Source: Candidatus Zixiibacteriota bacterium
GTDB taxonomy: Bacteria > Zixibacteria > MSB-5A5 > SM23-73-2
Length of the DNA stretch: 64,000 nt
NCBI GenBank assembly: GCA_030615745.1
Contig: JAUWYR010000002.1
Span: forward strand, 15,522-79,521
Direction: 5' to 3'
In this document: positions 12,733-22,175 of the stretch, in pieces
Layout: each line of letters starts with the position of its first letter
Position numbering within the stretch: the stretch's first letter is position 1
The notes under the pieces: generated by a model
What the model was told of the DNA's origin: nothing
The model's input: only the letters and a program-made list of their open reading frames with translations
Database searches by the model: none
Program-made: the position numbers and the translations under genes

Positions 12733-12868
12733 ATATCTAATCTATTAAGATTATACGTAAATAGCAAGTAAATTTTCTTTAATTTTTTGTATAAAAAATA
12801 TCTGTCCTGCAGGGAAAAACAACCCCCTTCTGCCTAAAAATTAGAGCCTTAAATTAAAAATCCATATC

Positions 12869-12924
12869 TGCGTATGCCGAAGGTCAAGAGACATGCATCG
12901 GAGATCAAGAGATACGCATTCTAC
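12869..12924. repeat. 20-bp palindrome (REP-like; GTAG overlaps dnaN stop) interrupted by two 15-nt CAAGAG insertions
   Basis: Removing 12878-12892 and 12898-12912 gives the perfect palindrome TGCGTATGCATGCATACGCA. Confidence 0.85.
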
Positions 12925-14066
12925 TCCACCAGCCTTAAAGGCATCAAAAGACAGAGATATTCCTCTCCCTCTTTTTGCGGAACAGAATATATAATTCCTG
13001 CAGATACAGAAGTGGACAGCTCAAAAGTTACCTTCTCTCCTTCCATCTGCTTCAAAACATCCAGCACATAGTTGGCGTTGTATCCTATCTCCATATCTTC
13101 CCCTGTATACTCACAGGGGATAGTCTCTTTTGCCTCACCCCCAAGATCAAAATTAACCGAGGATAGTTCTAAACTCCCTCCACTTGCCCCGGCACCCCTT
13201 TTTAAACCAAACTTGACTTGATGAGTCAAAGTATTTGACAAAATTGCAACTCTTCTAACCGTGCTGGTTAAACTCTCTATATCTGCCACAAGTTTTTTGT
13301 CGTTATCCTTGGGTATAACCTGTTCAAAATTAGGATAAGGACCCTCAATCAAACGTGAAGATAAAATAACATCCTCGAGAGAGAAAATGATATTATTCTC
13401 ACCAAATATAATCCCCACATCATATTCTTCTTCACCGATGAATCTTGTCAGAAGGTTTAGAACTTTTGGTGGTATGATCACATCCTCATGCATACCTTTT
13501 AGCTTTTTATTAATCAAAGAGATCTTTGCCAACCTATGACCATCAGTTGCAACCATCTCCATCCTGTCTCCTTTGGTTCGCCACAATACTCCATTCAAAG
13601 CCGGGCGAGTCTCATCAGTTGATACTCCAAATATAGTCTTTCTGATTAAATTAGTTAGGTCAGCTCCGTTAATCTTTATCTGTTTGGCTAAGTTCACCTG
13701 GGGCAATTTTGGAAAATCATCTTTGGGAAGACCTGATATTTTGTAAACTCCCTTTCCGAACTTGATCTCAACACGCGTATCAGTCGAACTCACCTCGATC
13801 TCTGTCTCAGGGGCTTCCCTCACAATATCTGCGAACACTTTTGCCGGAATTGTTATATTCCCTAACTTCTTAACATTTACAGGTAGGGTCTTTATCACAA
13901 AAGTGTCCAGATCTGTAGCAGCTAACCTAAGTTTTCCAACACCTTTTGTATTATCAGTCTCAAGCAAAATATTTGACAATACTTGAAGCGTAGTCCTGGT
14001 TGGAACTACACTTAATACACTTTGGAGCGCTTGTAATAGTTCACTTTTTGCAACAGAGAATTTCAC
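12921..14066 (-). CDS. dnaN: DNA polymerase III beta sliding clamp
   Basis: ATDLD, ATDGHRL, SRLIEGPYP and LLMPLRL motifs. Confidence 0.97.
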   Translation of the reverse strand: MKFSVAKSELLQALQSVLSVVPTRTTLQVLSNILLETDNTKGVGKLRLAATDLDTFVIKTLPVNVKKLGNITIPAKVFADIVREAPETEIEVSSTDTRVEIKFGKGVYKISGLPKDDFPKLPQVNLAKQIKINGADLTNLIRKTIFGVSTDETRPALNGVLWRTKGDRMEMVATDGHRLAKISLINKKLKGMHEDVIIPPKVLNLLTRFIGEEEYDVGIIFGENNIIFSLEDVILSSRLIEGPYPNFEQVIPKDNDKKLVADIESLTSTVRRVAILSNTLTHQVKFGLKRGAGASGGSLELSSVNFDLGGEAKETIPCEYTGEDMEIGYNANYVLDVLKQMEGEKVTFELSTSVSAGIIYSVPQKEGEEYLCLLMPLRLVE

Positions 14067-14069
14067 TTT

Positions 14070-14300
14070 ATCCTCCTTATAATTTTAAATTTTTAACTTT
14101 AAATTTTAAATTAATAGTAATAGCTGTGTTAAAATGTTAACAAAGTAATTCAATTTCCTTTAACTTTTTTTCTCATTTGAGATTAACTTCATCACCTGAC
14201 AGTTTTTTTATGTTAATAAGATATTGAAATATATAACTTTTTTCAACAAGAATTAACTAATTCTATTTTTAAACAGACCTTCCACATTTTTTTAACCTAT
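14070..14300. promoter_or_regulatory. AT-rich dnaA-dnaN intergenic region with degenerate DnaA boxes; candidate oriC part
   Basis: TGTTAATAA, TTTTCAACA, CCTTCCACA; very AT-rich. Confidence 0.55.
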
Positions 14301-15644
14301 TTATCCATATAAGGAATTTATAATTTCATCAACTTTAAGTTTGAAATCTTGGTCCTTTTTAATATTTTCTGCAACAAGATTACATGAGTGAATTACAGTT
14401 GAATGATCCCTTCCACCGAATTTAAGACCGATAGACTTCAAGGAGAAATCAGTAAGATTTCTACAAAGATACATCGCCACCTGCCTGGCCCAGCAGATCT
14501 CCTGAGTCTTTCTTTTGGAACATAAAAGTTCTGGAGACAGCTTAAAATATTCACCGACCTTTTTCTGAATATCCTCAATCGATATTTTTTTACTCTCATT
14601 TCTTATAGTATCTTTCAAAACATCCTTTGCTAATTCCAAAGTAAGCTCTTTTTGGTGAAGAGAACAATAGGCTAAAAGGCGTATCAATGACCCCTCCAGT
14701 TCCCTTATATTGGAGGTTACATTGTCAGCTAAAAAACCAGCGACATCATCAGGTATAGTTATATTATCAGACTCAGTTTTCTTTTTAATTATAGCTATTC
14801 TTGTTTCCAGATCAGGTGGTTGGATGTCGGTCACCAGACCCCAGCCGAATCTTGAAAGAAGCCTCTCTTCTAATCCTTTGATCTCTTTGAGTGGTCGGTC
14901 TGAGGTTAAAACGATCTGCTTACTACTCTGGTATAGTGCATTAAATGTGTGGAAGAATTGAACCTGAGTGCTCTCCTTTCCGGTGAAGAACTGAATGTCG
15001 TCCAAAAGCAGGAGGTCCACACTTCGATAAAAATGGACAAAATCCTGAAGGGTTGATGCCCCAATTGATGATATGAAGTCGTTGGTGAACTTCTCGCTTG
15101 TGACATATAAAACCTTTGCATCTTTTTTAAAATCTTTCACAAAATGTCCAATAGCCTGAACCAGATGTGTCTTGCCCAAGCCAACACCTCCATAGATGTA
15201 AAGTGGGTTGAATTTGGTTTTTCCTGGGGCTTCAGCAACTGCCATAGCAGCCGCGTGTGCAAACTGATTGTTCTCCCCTACAACGAAGCTCTCAAAAGTG
15301 TATTTTGGATTTAAGATTGTGCTTTGCTCGGAAGATAGATTTAAATCCCTTTTTTTTGAATTAAAGGATATCTCTGTTTGATGACCTCCTAACTCATTTC
15401 TTATGCACAAAGATAGGTTCAATTTTTCATTAGTTATCTTTTGGACAGCTTCCTTTATCAAATGTGAATAATGTTCCTCAAGCCACTCAGCAACGAATTT
15501 GTTCGGGACTGCGACCTTCAAAGAACTGTCATTGCTTGGAAGCCCTTTAGTGGGCTTTAACCAGGTTAGAAAGCTTTGTCTCTTTATCTTGGTGCTCAAA
15601 TAATTAAGACATTCATCCCAGATTTTCACACTGTCTATAGGCAT
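14301..15644 (-). CDS. dnaA: Chromosomal replication initiator DnaA
   Basis: GGVGLGKTHL, DDIQF and FGGRDHSTV motifs. Confidence 0.98.
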   Translation of the reverse strand: MPIDSVKIWDECLNYLSTKIKRQSFLTWLKPTKGLPSNDSSLKVAVPNKFVAEWLEEHYSHLIKEAVQKITNEKLNLSLCIRNELGGHQTEISFNSKKRDLNLSSEQSTILNPKYTFESFVVGENNQFAHAAAMAVAEAPGKTKFNPLYIYGGVGLGKTHLVQAIGHFVKDFKKDAKVLYVTSEKFTNDFISSIGASTLQDFVHFYRSVDLLLLDDIQFFTGKESTQVQFFHTFNALYQSSKQIVLTSDRPLKEIKGLEERLLSRFGWGLVTDIQPPDLETRIAIIKKKTESDNITIPDDVAGFLADNVTSNIRELEGSLIRLLAYCSLHQKELTLELAKDVLKDTIRNESKKISIEDIQKKVGEYFKLSPELLCSKRKTQEICWARQVAMYLCRNLTDFSLKSIGLKFGGRDHSTVIHSCNLVAENIKKDQDFKLKVDEIINSLYG

Positions 15645-15679
15645 AGCGAACTTCTTTTAAAGTTAAACTTAAATATCGA

Positions 15680-16110
15680 CACCTTTTCCACAATTGTGGG
15701 GAAAAGATAACTCTTTTATTTACATATAATTAGGTGATTCTATTTAGAAAAATAAAAAGTTTTCCACAAAAGAGTTACAAATCAGGCAAATTTTATCTTT
15801 TGTGGCACAACCACTTAAAAAACCACCCTCGACTTTCCACATCTTATTAACAGACTTTAACTTACACTCATCTTTTCACAAAGGTAAATCCGAAAAAACT
15901 TTTGTCAAGAGATTTTATTAAATTACTTTAAAAAAATTTTAACCTTTTAAGAAAACAACTGTTAGAAAGCCCACGAAAAAATATTTAAATAAAAACATTT
16001 TCACTTTTAAAAAATTCAAAAAAAAGAAAAAACCCAATCCATCTTCTTAGAAATTAAAATGATATAGTTTTGGCTTTTCAAAACATTATTAATATAACTA
16101 ATAAAGCTTC
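15680..16110. promoter_or_regulatory. dnaA upstream region with DnaA-like boxes; candidate oriC part
   Basis: TTTTCCACA at 15684 and 15760, CTTTCCACA at 15833, TTATTAACA at 15844; gene-orientation switch nearby. Confidence 0.65.
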
Positions 16111-16114
16111 ATTT

Positions 16115-16272
16115 TCAAAACTCCATTAAAAGAGTTTTTTCGATTTTGCTGATTAGAGTATCTCCATTGTGCAGAGAGCACTTACATCGTCCCTCTCTGG
16201 TTCGAATTCCGAGCTCGTCGAGTATTAGTTGGATGCTTATCAGATTTTTTAGTTTTCTAAATCAATCTTCAT
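16115..16272 (-). pseudogene. Frameshifted, truncated CHC2 zinc-finger primase N-terminus
   Basis: MKIDLE/(shift)KLKNLISIQLILDELGIRTREGRCKCSLHNGD. Confidence 0.6.
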
Positions 16273-16426
16273 TCAAAATCTGTTTGATCTGCGAGATAAT
16301 CACAGGTTTCATTTTCTCGATCTTATCCCGCAAGTTTTTTTCTTCTTCCAGGTCATCGTAATTGGGAACAAAGGTCACTTTATAGCCATTTTCTTCTTTA
16401 GTGACGGGAATCTGCAGAATAGCCAT
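16262..16426 (-). CDS. Small hypothetical protein (54 aa, not in ORF track)
   Basis: GGAGG RBS; MAILQIPVTKEENGYKVTF...QILNED*; overlaps next start. Confidence 0.55.
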   Translation of the reverse strand: MAILQIPVTKEENGYKVTFVPNYDDLEEEKNLRDKIEKMKPVIISQIKQILNED

Positions 16427-16429
16427 CTT

Positions 16430-16693
16430 TCACCTCCCTTCTTTTGTTTTTTGCTTTAATTTTTGAACCACAAAAGTTGCTGATTTCAGGGATTGGAATG
16501 CCTCAAAAAGTCTTATTGTGGAGACAGTTTGTGATCCGTTGTAGAATCCCAGGATTACCTCTTGGGAGGGAGCAGGTTCAAAAATGAAGGTCTTTCGACC
16601 CGCTCCATTATCTTGGATATCCTTGAGAGTGGAATATCCTGAGGCGATTAAAAAAGAAGCGAAAAACAAGTCGGTGGTCTCGTAATGGTTCAT
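16430..16693 (-). CDS. DUF5659-like small protein
   Basis: YETTDLFFASFLIASG...RKTFIF pattern recalled for this family. Confidence 0.65.
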   Translation of the reverse strand: MNHYETTDLFFASFLIASGYSTLKDIQDNGAGRKTFIFEPAPSQEVILGFYNGSQTVSTIRLFEAFQSLKSATFVVQKLKQKTKEGR

Positions 16694-16855
16694 ATCATCT
16701 TTTGTTTTTCTTCATCACGTTCATCCTGCTTTCAAAAACAAAAAATCCCTGTAAAGATTTTATAATCCTTACAGGGAAAAATCTATAGCCCCTCTTGTGA
16801 AAAGTCAAAGACGCTACAAGATTCTTAGAGAATCCCCAGGAAAATCAAACTGCTT

Positions 16856-17920
16856 TTATATTTCCTCCTTTTCGACCTTGTCAAATGCCATGAAAGGATA
16901 TCTGCGACTGCCTTTCACCTTTGGCACCATTACCATGTTCTTAATGTCCTTTTCCATCCGCTTTATTGCCTTCTTTATGACATCCACAAAAGGAACCGGA
17001 GATTTCATCACCTTTCCTCTTTCGTTTCTGCTCTGGCCAGTGATATAAAAGCTTCTCTCATCTTCAAAGTCCTGTGCGTATTTTGGAGACAGAAAACCAG
17101 ATTTTACTTCTCTAATCAAGGCAAAATCATCTAACTCTTTCCCTTTCCTATCTTCTTTGCTGATCTCTTTCTTAATTCCTCTGATAACCAACAAATCGAT
17201 ATCTTCAGGATGCAATTCAGCCCAGATTTTGGCTATTTCTGATGGTCTGAGTTTGCACTCTTTAGCCAAATCGTACCAACACAAATCTCTATTAAAATTT
17301 GTTCTACCTTCCCTTTTGCCCCAGAACTCATTTTGCAATTCCTCAATTCTTTTCCATTTCGCTCGAATATCTTCGAGCGTTGTCCACTCGTTTATACGTA
17401 TCTCAAGCCATATTCGCCCCGTTTCGTCGTTCCAAGTATACCTAATTTCTGCAGGATCGCTCAGATAAATAGACAAAGAATCGATCTTTCCGTCCCACCT
17501 GTGACCGATATCCCAACGTCTGCAGAAGTCTTCCCATTTGAAAGTGTATTGTTGAAACACTATACCTTTGTTCCAAATCCTTTCATGCAAATTCCTAGGG
17601 TTGTAATACTGTTGACAGTCTAGATCTTCAGCGTCTTTAAAATATCTGTCCTTTGGCTTCCGGCCTCTGCATTTCCTGGTCTTGGGATAGTCTAATCTTA
17701 GCCATAGATTCTCTTCAGACTCTTCTTCGAGTTTCTCCCTATAGCGCAAATCATAGTGAAACTTCTTCAATTCAAAAAAAGTGCCTCCTCCCAATCTCTT
17801 GGCAATCCCCTTTAATTCCTCCAGAAATGTCTTATTTCTTGCTAACAACTCCGCCCGTTGAACTCTTTTATCAGAGATTTGGCGATGTTTTTCCAATATC
17901 TTCTTTACTTTCTCGTCCAC
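16856..17920 (-). CDS. Hypothetical protein of the mobile remnant
   Basis: 354-aa open ORF; no recognised motif. Confidence 0.7.
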   Translation of the reverse strand: MDEKVKKILEKHRQISDKRVQRAELLARNKTFLEELKGIAKRLGGGTFFELKKFHYDLRYREKLEEESEENLWLRLDYPKTRKCRGRKPKDRYFKDAEDLDCQQYYNPRNLHERIWNKGIVFQQYTFKWEDFCRRWDIGHRWDGKIDSLSIYLSDPAEIRYTWNDETGRIWLEIRINEWTTLEDIRAKWKRIEELQNEFWGKREGRTNFNRDLCWYDLAKECKLRPSEIAKIWAELHPEDIDLLVIRGIKKEISKEDRKGKELDDFALIREVKSGFLSPKYAQDFEDERSFYITGQSRNERGKVMKSPVPFVDVIKKAIKRMEKDIKNMVMVPKVKGSRRYPFMAFDKVEKEEI

Positions 17921-18333
17921 CTTTTCCTCACATTTTCAATACCAAAATATAGCAATTCAAAACCCAAAAATCAACTAAATTTGTTGAAGTGACCGACCTA
18001 TTTTCCCATAAAAAGAGAACAAGGCGAAAGCATAATCCCAAAAATCGCCTTTGGAAAATCTAAGGATAAGACACACAAAGGGGTTCCTTTGTCCCTGTTG
18101 ATAGGGGTATGGGGTGGGCATACCCCCTACCCCCCTGTTTCAATTTTGTTTCAAATCCACTTATGTTTTCTTACGTTTTTATGGGTTATGGTGGGTTCAG
18201 TGAATATAAGCTATCTTATGTCTTTCTTTCTAACAGCAAGCAATTCGAGAACTTGAGATGCCCCCCCTTAATTTTCCTTGACTAAAAAATTGAATGTTTT
18301 ATTTTAACTTTCGTAGTCAAAAGGAGATGAAAG

Positions 18334-18486
18334 ATGAAAAGAACTTATCAACCTTCGAGGATCAAAAGGCTTAGAGACCATGGGTTCAGAAAAAGGATGT
18401 CAACCAAAGGGGGAAGGAAAATCTTGAATAGAAGAAGGGCTAAAAAAAGAAAGAGACTCACTGTCCAAGTCACCACAAAAAGATGA
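18334..18486 (+). CDS. rpmH: 50S ribosomal protein L34 (not in ORF track)
   Basis: [37 protein letters not shown]. Confidence 0.97.
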   Translation: MKRTYQPSRIKRLRDHGFRKRMSTKGGRKILNRRRAKKRKRLTVQVTTKR

Positions 18487-18854
18487 TGAAATCCGAAGGA
18501 TTCATAGAAAAAGAGGGCTTTCCTAAAGAGATAAGGATTAAAAAGGATTTAGAATTCAAAGAGGTCATAAAAAAAGGGGAAAAGAAAATTGGAGAAAAAT
18601 TAATTTTATTCATACTTAAAAAAGATAACACTTCTTTGAAGTTTGGTATAAGGGTCGACAAAACCATTAAAAAAGCTACGAAAAGAAACAGAATAAAAAG
18701 GATTATAAGGGAGATTCTGAGAAAGAGCAAGGATAAATTTTTACCTGGTGAGAGGGTAGTGATTGTCTATAAATCTTTGGAAGAAAACGTAAAATTAAAA
18801 GAGCTTCAAAAAGATTTCGATAATTTAGTCGGTATCGATCAAGAGATGAGATGA
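18483..18854 (+). CDS. rnpA: RNase P protein component
   Basis: [14 protein letters not shown] (RNR motif); synteny. Confidence 0.92.
   Translation: MMKSEGFIEKEGFPKEIRIKKDLEFKEVIKKGEKKIGEKLILFILKKDNTSLKFGIRVDKTIKKATKRNRIKRIIREILRKSKDKFLPGERVVIVYKSLEENVKLKELQKDFDNLVGIDQEMR
18829..18847 (+). repeat. CAAGAG micro-insertion TCGGTATCGATCAAGAGAT in the rnpA C-terminus
   Basis: Identical 19-mer at 19101, 41960 and 51491. Confidence 0.9.
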
Positions 18855-19084
18855 GAAATTTTAAATTTAAAAAAGCCTTGATGGTTTTTATTATTACATT
18901 GATAAAGTTTTATCAGATAAGCTTTAGATTCCTTTTTCCCCCCAGCTGTAGGTTTTATCCATCTTGCTCCGAGTACTCTATTTCAGCTTTGAAAAAATAT
19001 GGTTTTTTAAAGGGAGGGTGGCTGGTGGTAAAAAGAATCATCAGGTGTAATCCCTTTAATCCGGGCGGATATGACCCAGTATAA
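18851..19084 (+). CDS. yidD: Membrane protein insertion efficiency factor
   Basis: [10 protein letters not shown] and [13 protein letters not shown] motifs. Confidence 0.95.
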   Translation: MRNFKFKKALMVFIITLIKFYQISFRFLFPPSCRFYPSCSEYSISALKKYGFLKGGWLVVKRIIRCNPFNPGGYDPV

Positions 19085-19099
19085 ATTTTTAAGATAAAA

Positions 19100-19119
19100 A
19101 TCGGTATCGATCAAGAGAT
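19100..19119 (+). repeat. CAAGAG micro-insertion at the yidC start codon
   Basis: AT-CGGTATCG-AT-CAAGAG-AT(G); removal leaves AAAAATGGAC with the ATG intact. Confidence 0.9.
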
Positions 19120-20779
19120 GGACAGAAGAACCCTTTTAGCTTTTATATTAATCGGACTTATTTTAGTCCTTTACCCTTTATATGTCGACCTTATCACTGG
19201 CGGGAAAAAAAGGACCTTGCCAGAAAGAAAAGATAGGGTCGAGTATGATACCACCAGTGCTGTCATAGACACATTTCCCGGAGAAGAGATCGCTGAAAGG
19301 GAGTTAGCTTTCCCTTTTGTGGAAGATACATCTTTGGAGGAGAAAAAAGTTTTGGTCGAAACCGATCTATACGAGGCTGAGTTTACTACCAGAGGGGGTA
19401 ACCTTGTTCGCTTTATCCTCAAAAAATATAAGTATTCAGATGATAGTAATATCCAGCTTGTTCCTCAAAATCGATTCGAAGCTTTAAACATTGAATTTCC
19501 AGATGCGGGGATTGATTTCTCAAATTTGGTTTTTCAGGTCGAAAAAGAAAATGTCTTTGTGAATGAAATAAACCTAAAAGATTCTTTAGTATTCATACAC
19601 AAGACTTTTGATGGCGTTCTTTTTAAAAAAAGTTTCATTTTTTACCATAATAAATACCATATTGACTTAGAGTTCGAAAGCTCTGGTCTTGATATGGGAA
19701 GGCACTATCTTTTGAGCTGGAAGCCCGGGCTACAGGTTACCGAGAAAAATTTCAAGGAAGATTTGGGACATTTTGCAGCTTACGCCAAGATGGGAGATGA
19801 AATAGCTAAAATAAACAAATTCAGACAGCCTAAGGGTTCTTCTGTTGGAATTTTAGATGAGTCTCGTTCTGGAAAGACCAAATGGATTGTAACCAGAAGT
19901 AAATACTTTTTAGCTTCGATCATACCTACATCGAAGGTTGCCTCTGGTTTTGTGGCTAAAGGGGAAAGGGAAAGAGAAGTTGAGGATGATGTCACTCTGG
20001 AAAGCAAAAGAATAGGGGTAGCTTTAAAGATGCCTATAGAACAGAGAGACTATTTGAAAGATAGCTTTGTGGTTTATATTGGTCCACTCGATTATCATAT
20101 TTTAAAAGGGTATAAGATTGGACTGGAAAATATCGTGGATTTGGGCTGGAAAATCATTCGTCCGTTTTCTATTTTTGTTTTGTGGATTTTTTCAAATCTT
20201 TTTAAGATCTTAGGTAATTATGGACTGGTGATTATCTTTTTCACTTTGGGGATGAAGGTTTTGTTTCATCCTTTGACTCGTAAATCGGTCAAAGCCACCC
20301 ATAAGATGCAGGAGATTCAGCCCCTTATGGCTCAGCTTAAGGAGAGATATAAAAAAGACCCTCAGAGGCTCAATAAGGAGATGATGAAGCTTTACAAGGA
20401 GCGAGGGGTCAATCCTCTTGGGGGGTGTTTGCCCCTTATTTTCCAGATGCCTTTATTCTATTCTCTTTTTGTGGTCTGCAGGAGCACAATTGAGTTAAGA
20501 GGAGCTAAATTTATTTTCTGGTTAAAAGACCTCTCCCAGATGGACCCCTATTATGTTCTTCCTATTGTGATGGCTGTTACGATGTTTTTGCAACAGAAGA
20601 TGACCATAAAAGACCCGAAGCAGATGGCTTTGGTCTATTTTATGCCCATTTTGTTCTTTTTTATGTTCAAAAGTTTTCCCGCGGGGCTGACTTTGTACTG
20701 GACCTTTTTTAATATATTTTCCCTTGTCGAACAGTATTATATAAAATGGAAGACCAAGCCTCAGCCAGCTCCAGTGTAA
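19118..20779 (+). CDS. yidC: Membrane protein insertase YidC
   Basis: VNPLGGCLP, DPYYVLP and PAGLTLYW motifs. Confidence 0.97.
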   Translation: MDRRTLLAFILIGLILVLYPLYVDLITGGKKRTLPERKDRVEYDTTSAVIDTFPGEEIAERELAFPFVEDTSLEEKKVLVETDLYEAEFTTRGGNLVRFILKKYKYSDDSNIQLVPQNRFEALNIEFPDAGIDFSNLVFQVEKENVFVNEINLKDSLVFIHKTFDGVLFKKSFIFYHNKYHIDLEFESSGLDMGRHYLLSWKPGLQVTEKNFKEDLGHFAAYAKMGDEIAKINKFRQPKGSSVGILDESRSGKTKWIVTRSKYFLASIIPTSKVASGFVAKGEREREVEDDVTLESKRIGVALKMPIEQRDYLKDSFVVYIGPLDYHILKGYKIGLENIVDLGWKIIRPFSIFVLWIFSNLFKILGNYGLVIIFFTLGMKVLFHPLTRKSVKATHKMQEIQPLMAQLKERYKKDPQRLNKEMMKLYKERGVNPLGGCLPLIFQMPLFYSLFVVCRSTIELRGAKFIFWLKDLSQMDPYYVLPIVMAVTMFLQQKMTIKDPKQMALVYFMPILFFFMFKSFPAGLTLYWTFFNIFSLVEQYYIKWKTKPQPAPV

Positions 20780-20789
20780 TTACAAGGAA

Positions 20790-20913
20790 ATGAAAGAGTC
20801 TTTTAGTTATATTTCCCAAAAAGATGATACCATAGTGGCTATAAGCACCCCATTAGGCACAGGTGGATTAGGTGTTGTCAGAATCAGCGGCAAAGAAACA
20901 TTTTCTATAGCTG
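20790..20913 (+). pseudogene. Diverged duplicate of the first ~41 codons of mnmE
   Basis: DDTIVAISTPLGTGGLGVVRISG; collinear with 22191-22314 (offset 1401); 21-nt identical core 20861-20881 / 22262-22282. Confidence 0.9.
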
Positions 20914-20978
20914 TGCTCCTGCTGGATGTTATCATCCAGCAGGACGGGAAGACGGATGATAACATCCGTCCAAGAGCA
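20914..20978. repeat. REP-like inverted doublet
   Basis: TCCTGCTGGATG-TTAT-CATCCAGCAGGA and GACGGATG-ATAA-CATCCGTC. Confidence 0.75.
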
Positions 20979-21027
20979 GAGATTTTGGGATATTAAAAGA
21001 CTGGAATTTGATTGAAGGGATAAATAA

Positions 21028-22020
21028 ATGTCGAATCGAGTTTTAACTAAAAGTAAAATCTCTATAACACCAAAAGTTAAGTATGAGGAATACCTTCTTA
21101 TAAATGGGAAAAGACAAGTTTTAGTTGAACGGGTAAATGATGGCTCGATAATTAAACGTTTTGACAAGACTCCTTTACCTGAAAAAGCTACTGATGTTAT
21201 CTGCCCGCATTTTCTTGAGTTGAAATGGGCTTACGGTTGTCCTTTTGATTGTAGCTGGTGCTATCTTAAAGGGACCTTCAGATTTAGACCAGAAGGGATA
21301 AAACCAGCATTTAAGCCTCTGGAGAAAATTAAATCACATGTTGAGGCTTTTCTCGAACAAGTGGATACCCCGGAGATACTTAATACCGGTGAGATTGCAG
21401 ATAGCCTGATGAAAGAGGATAAAATCTCTCCTTTCTCTAAGTTTATCATCTCAATGTTTCAAAGACAAAATATTCATAAGGTTCTTTTTGTAACCAAATC
21501 AACTAATATAAAAAATCTTTTAGAGATATCCTCTAAGGGACAGGTTATAATAAGTTTTAGCCTGAATGCAATACCTGCTGCGGAGAAGTGGGAAAAGAAA
21601 GCACCCCCTGTTAGCAAAAGGTTGGAGGCGGCAAGTAAACTTTACCAGGCAGGTTATGAAGTAAGAATAAGGATCGATCCCATTGTGCCGATTGATAATT
21701 GGCAGAGGTATTATTTACAACTCATAGATAAGATATTCTCAAAATTCAAACCATCACGAATTACCTTAGGAACTTTACGAGGACTTCAAAGCACACTTAA
21801 TGGTACAAAAGACCATTCTTGGGTACATTTTCTAAAGGAAAAATCTAACTGGGGAAAGAAGATTGACTTTACTACAAGATACAACTTGTATAAAACCATA
21901 ATGAAACACCTTAGGGAAAACTTGAGCTACTCCGAGGTTGCCTTATGCAAGGAAACAATGGCAATGTGGGGAAAATTAGGAATGGACTGGCAAAACATAA
22001 GGTGTAATTGTATCTGGTAG
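21028..22020 (+). CDS. Radical SAM protein, spore-photoproduct-lyase-like
   Basis: CPFDCSWCYL (CxxxCxxC), GEIADSL, SFSLN and RIDPI motifs. Confidence 0.8.
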   Translation: MSNRVLTKSKISITPKVKYEEYLLINGKRQVLVERVNDGSIIKRFDKTPLPEKATDVICPHFLELKWAYGCPFDCSWCYLKGTFRFRPEGIKPAFKPLEKIKSHVEAFLEQVDTPEILNTGEIADSLMKEDKISPFSKFIISMFQRQNIHKVLFVTKSTNIKNLLEISSKGQVIISFSLNAIPAAEKWEKKAPPVSKRLEAASKLYQAGYEVRIRIDPIVPIDNWQRYYLQLIDKIFSKFKPSRITLGTLRGLQSTLNGTKDHSWVHFLKEKSNWGKKIDFTTRYNLYKTIMKHLRENLSYSEVALCKETMAMWGKLGMDWQNIRCNCIW

Positions 22021-22175
22021 GAGTATTTCTTGAAGAACAGAAACGAGTATAACCTTCATCGACGACCCTTTTCACTGCGTAGATAATCAAGAGAGCTTTT
22101 AGATAAATCAAAAAAGAAATTGAAGAGTTTATTGAAGAAAAAGATAATTAAAACATCTCCTGATCAGCGTTTTTA

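Larger units (their letters stand above)
16115..18255 (-). mobile_element. Decayed integrative-element / phage-satellite-like remnant between dnaA and rpmH
   Basis: Hypothetical ORF + DUF5659-like ORF + small ORF + broken CHC2 zinc finger, with tandem TGTTTCAA repeats at the right edge; no integrase. Confidence 0.6.

Noticed and set aside
12874-13071. 65-aa plus-strand ORF sharing MPKVKRH with BatA
   Set aside because: The shared peptide comes from the repeat; the ORF is antisense to dnaN.
13175-13200. DnaN GAGASGG segment resembling the murQ GAGTSG codons
   Set aside because: Short Gly-codon similarity; the murQ motif is catalytic and conserved, and no repeat family supports it.
22030-22150. 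Possible ArsC/LMW-phosphatase C-terminal relic
   Set aside because: Only a weak IDDP..IKKEIEEF resemblance with stops; unsupported.
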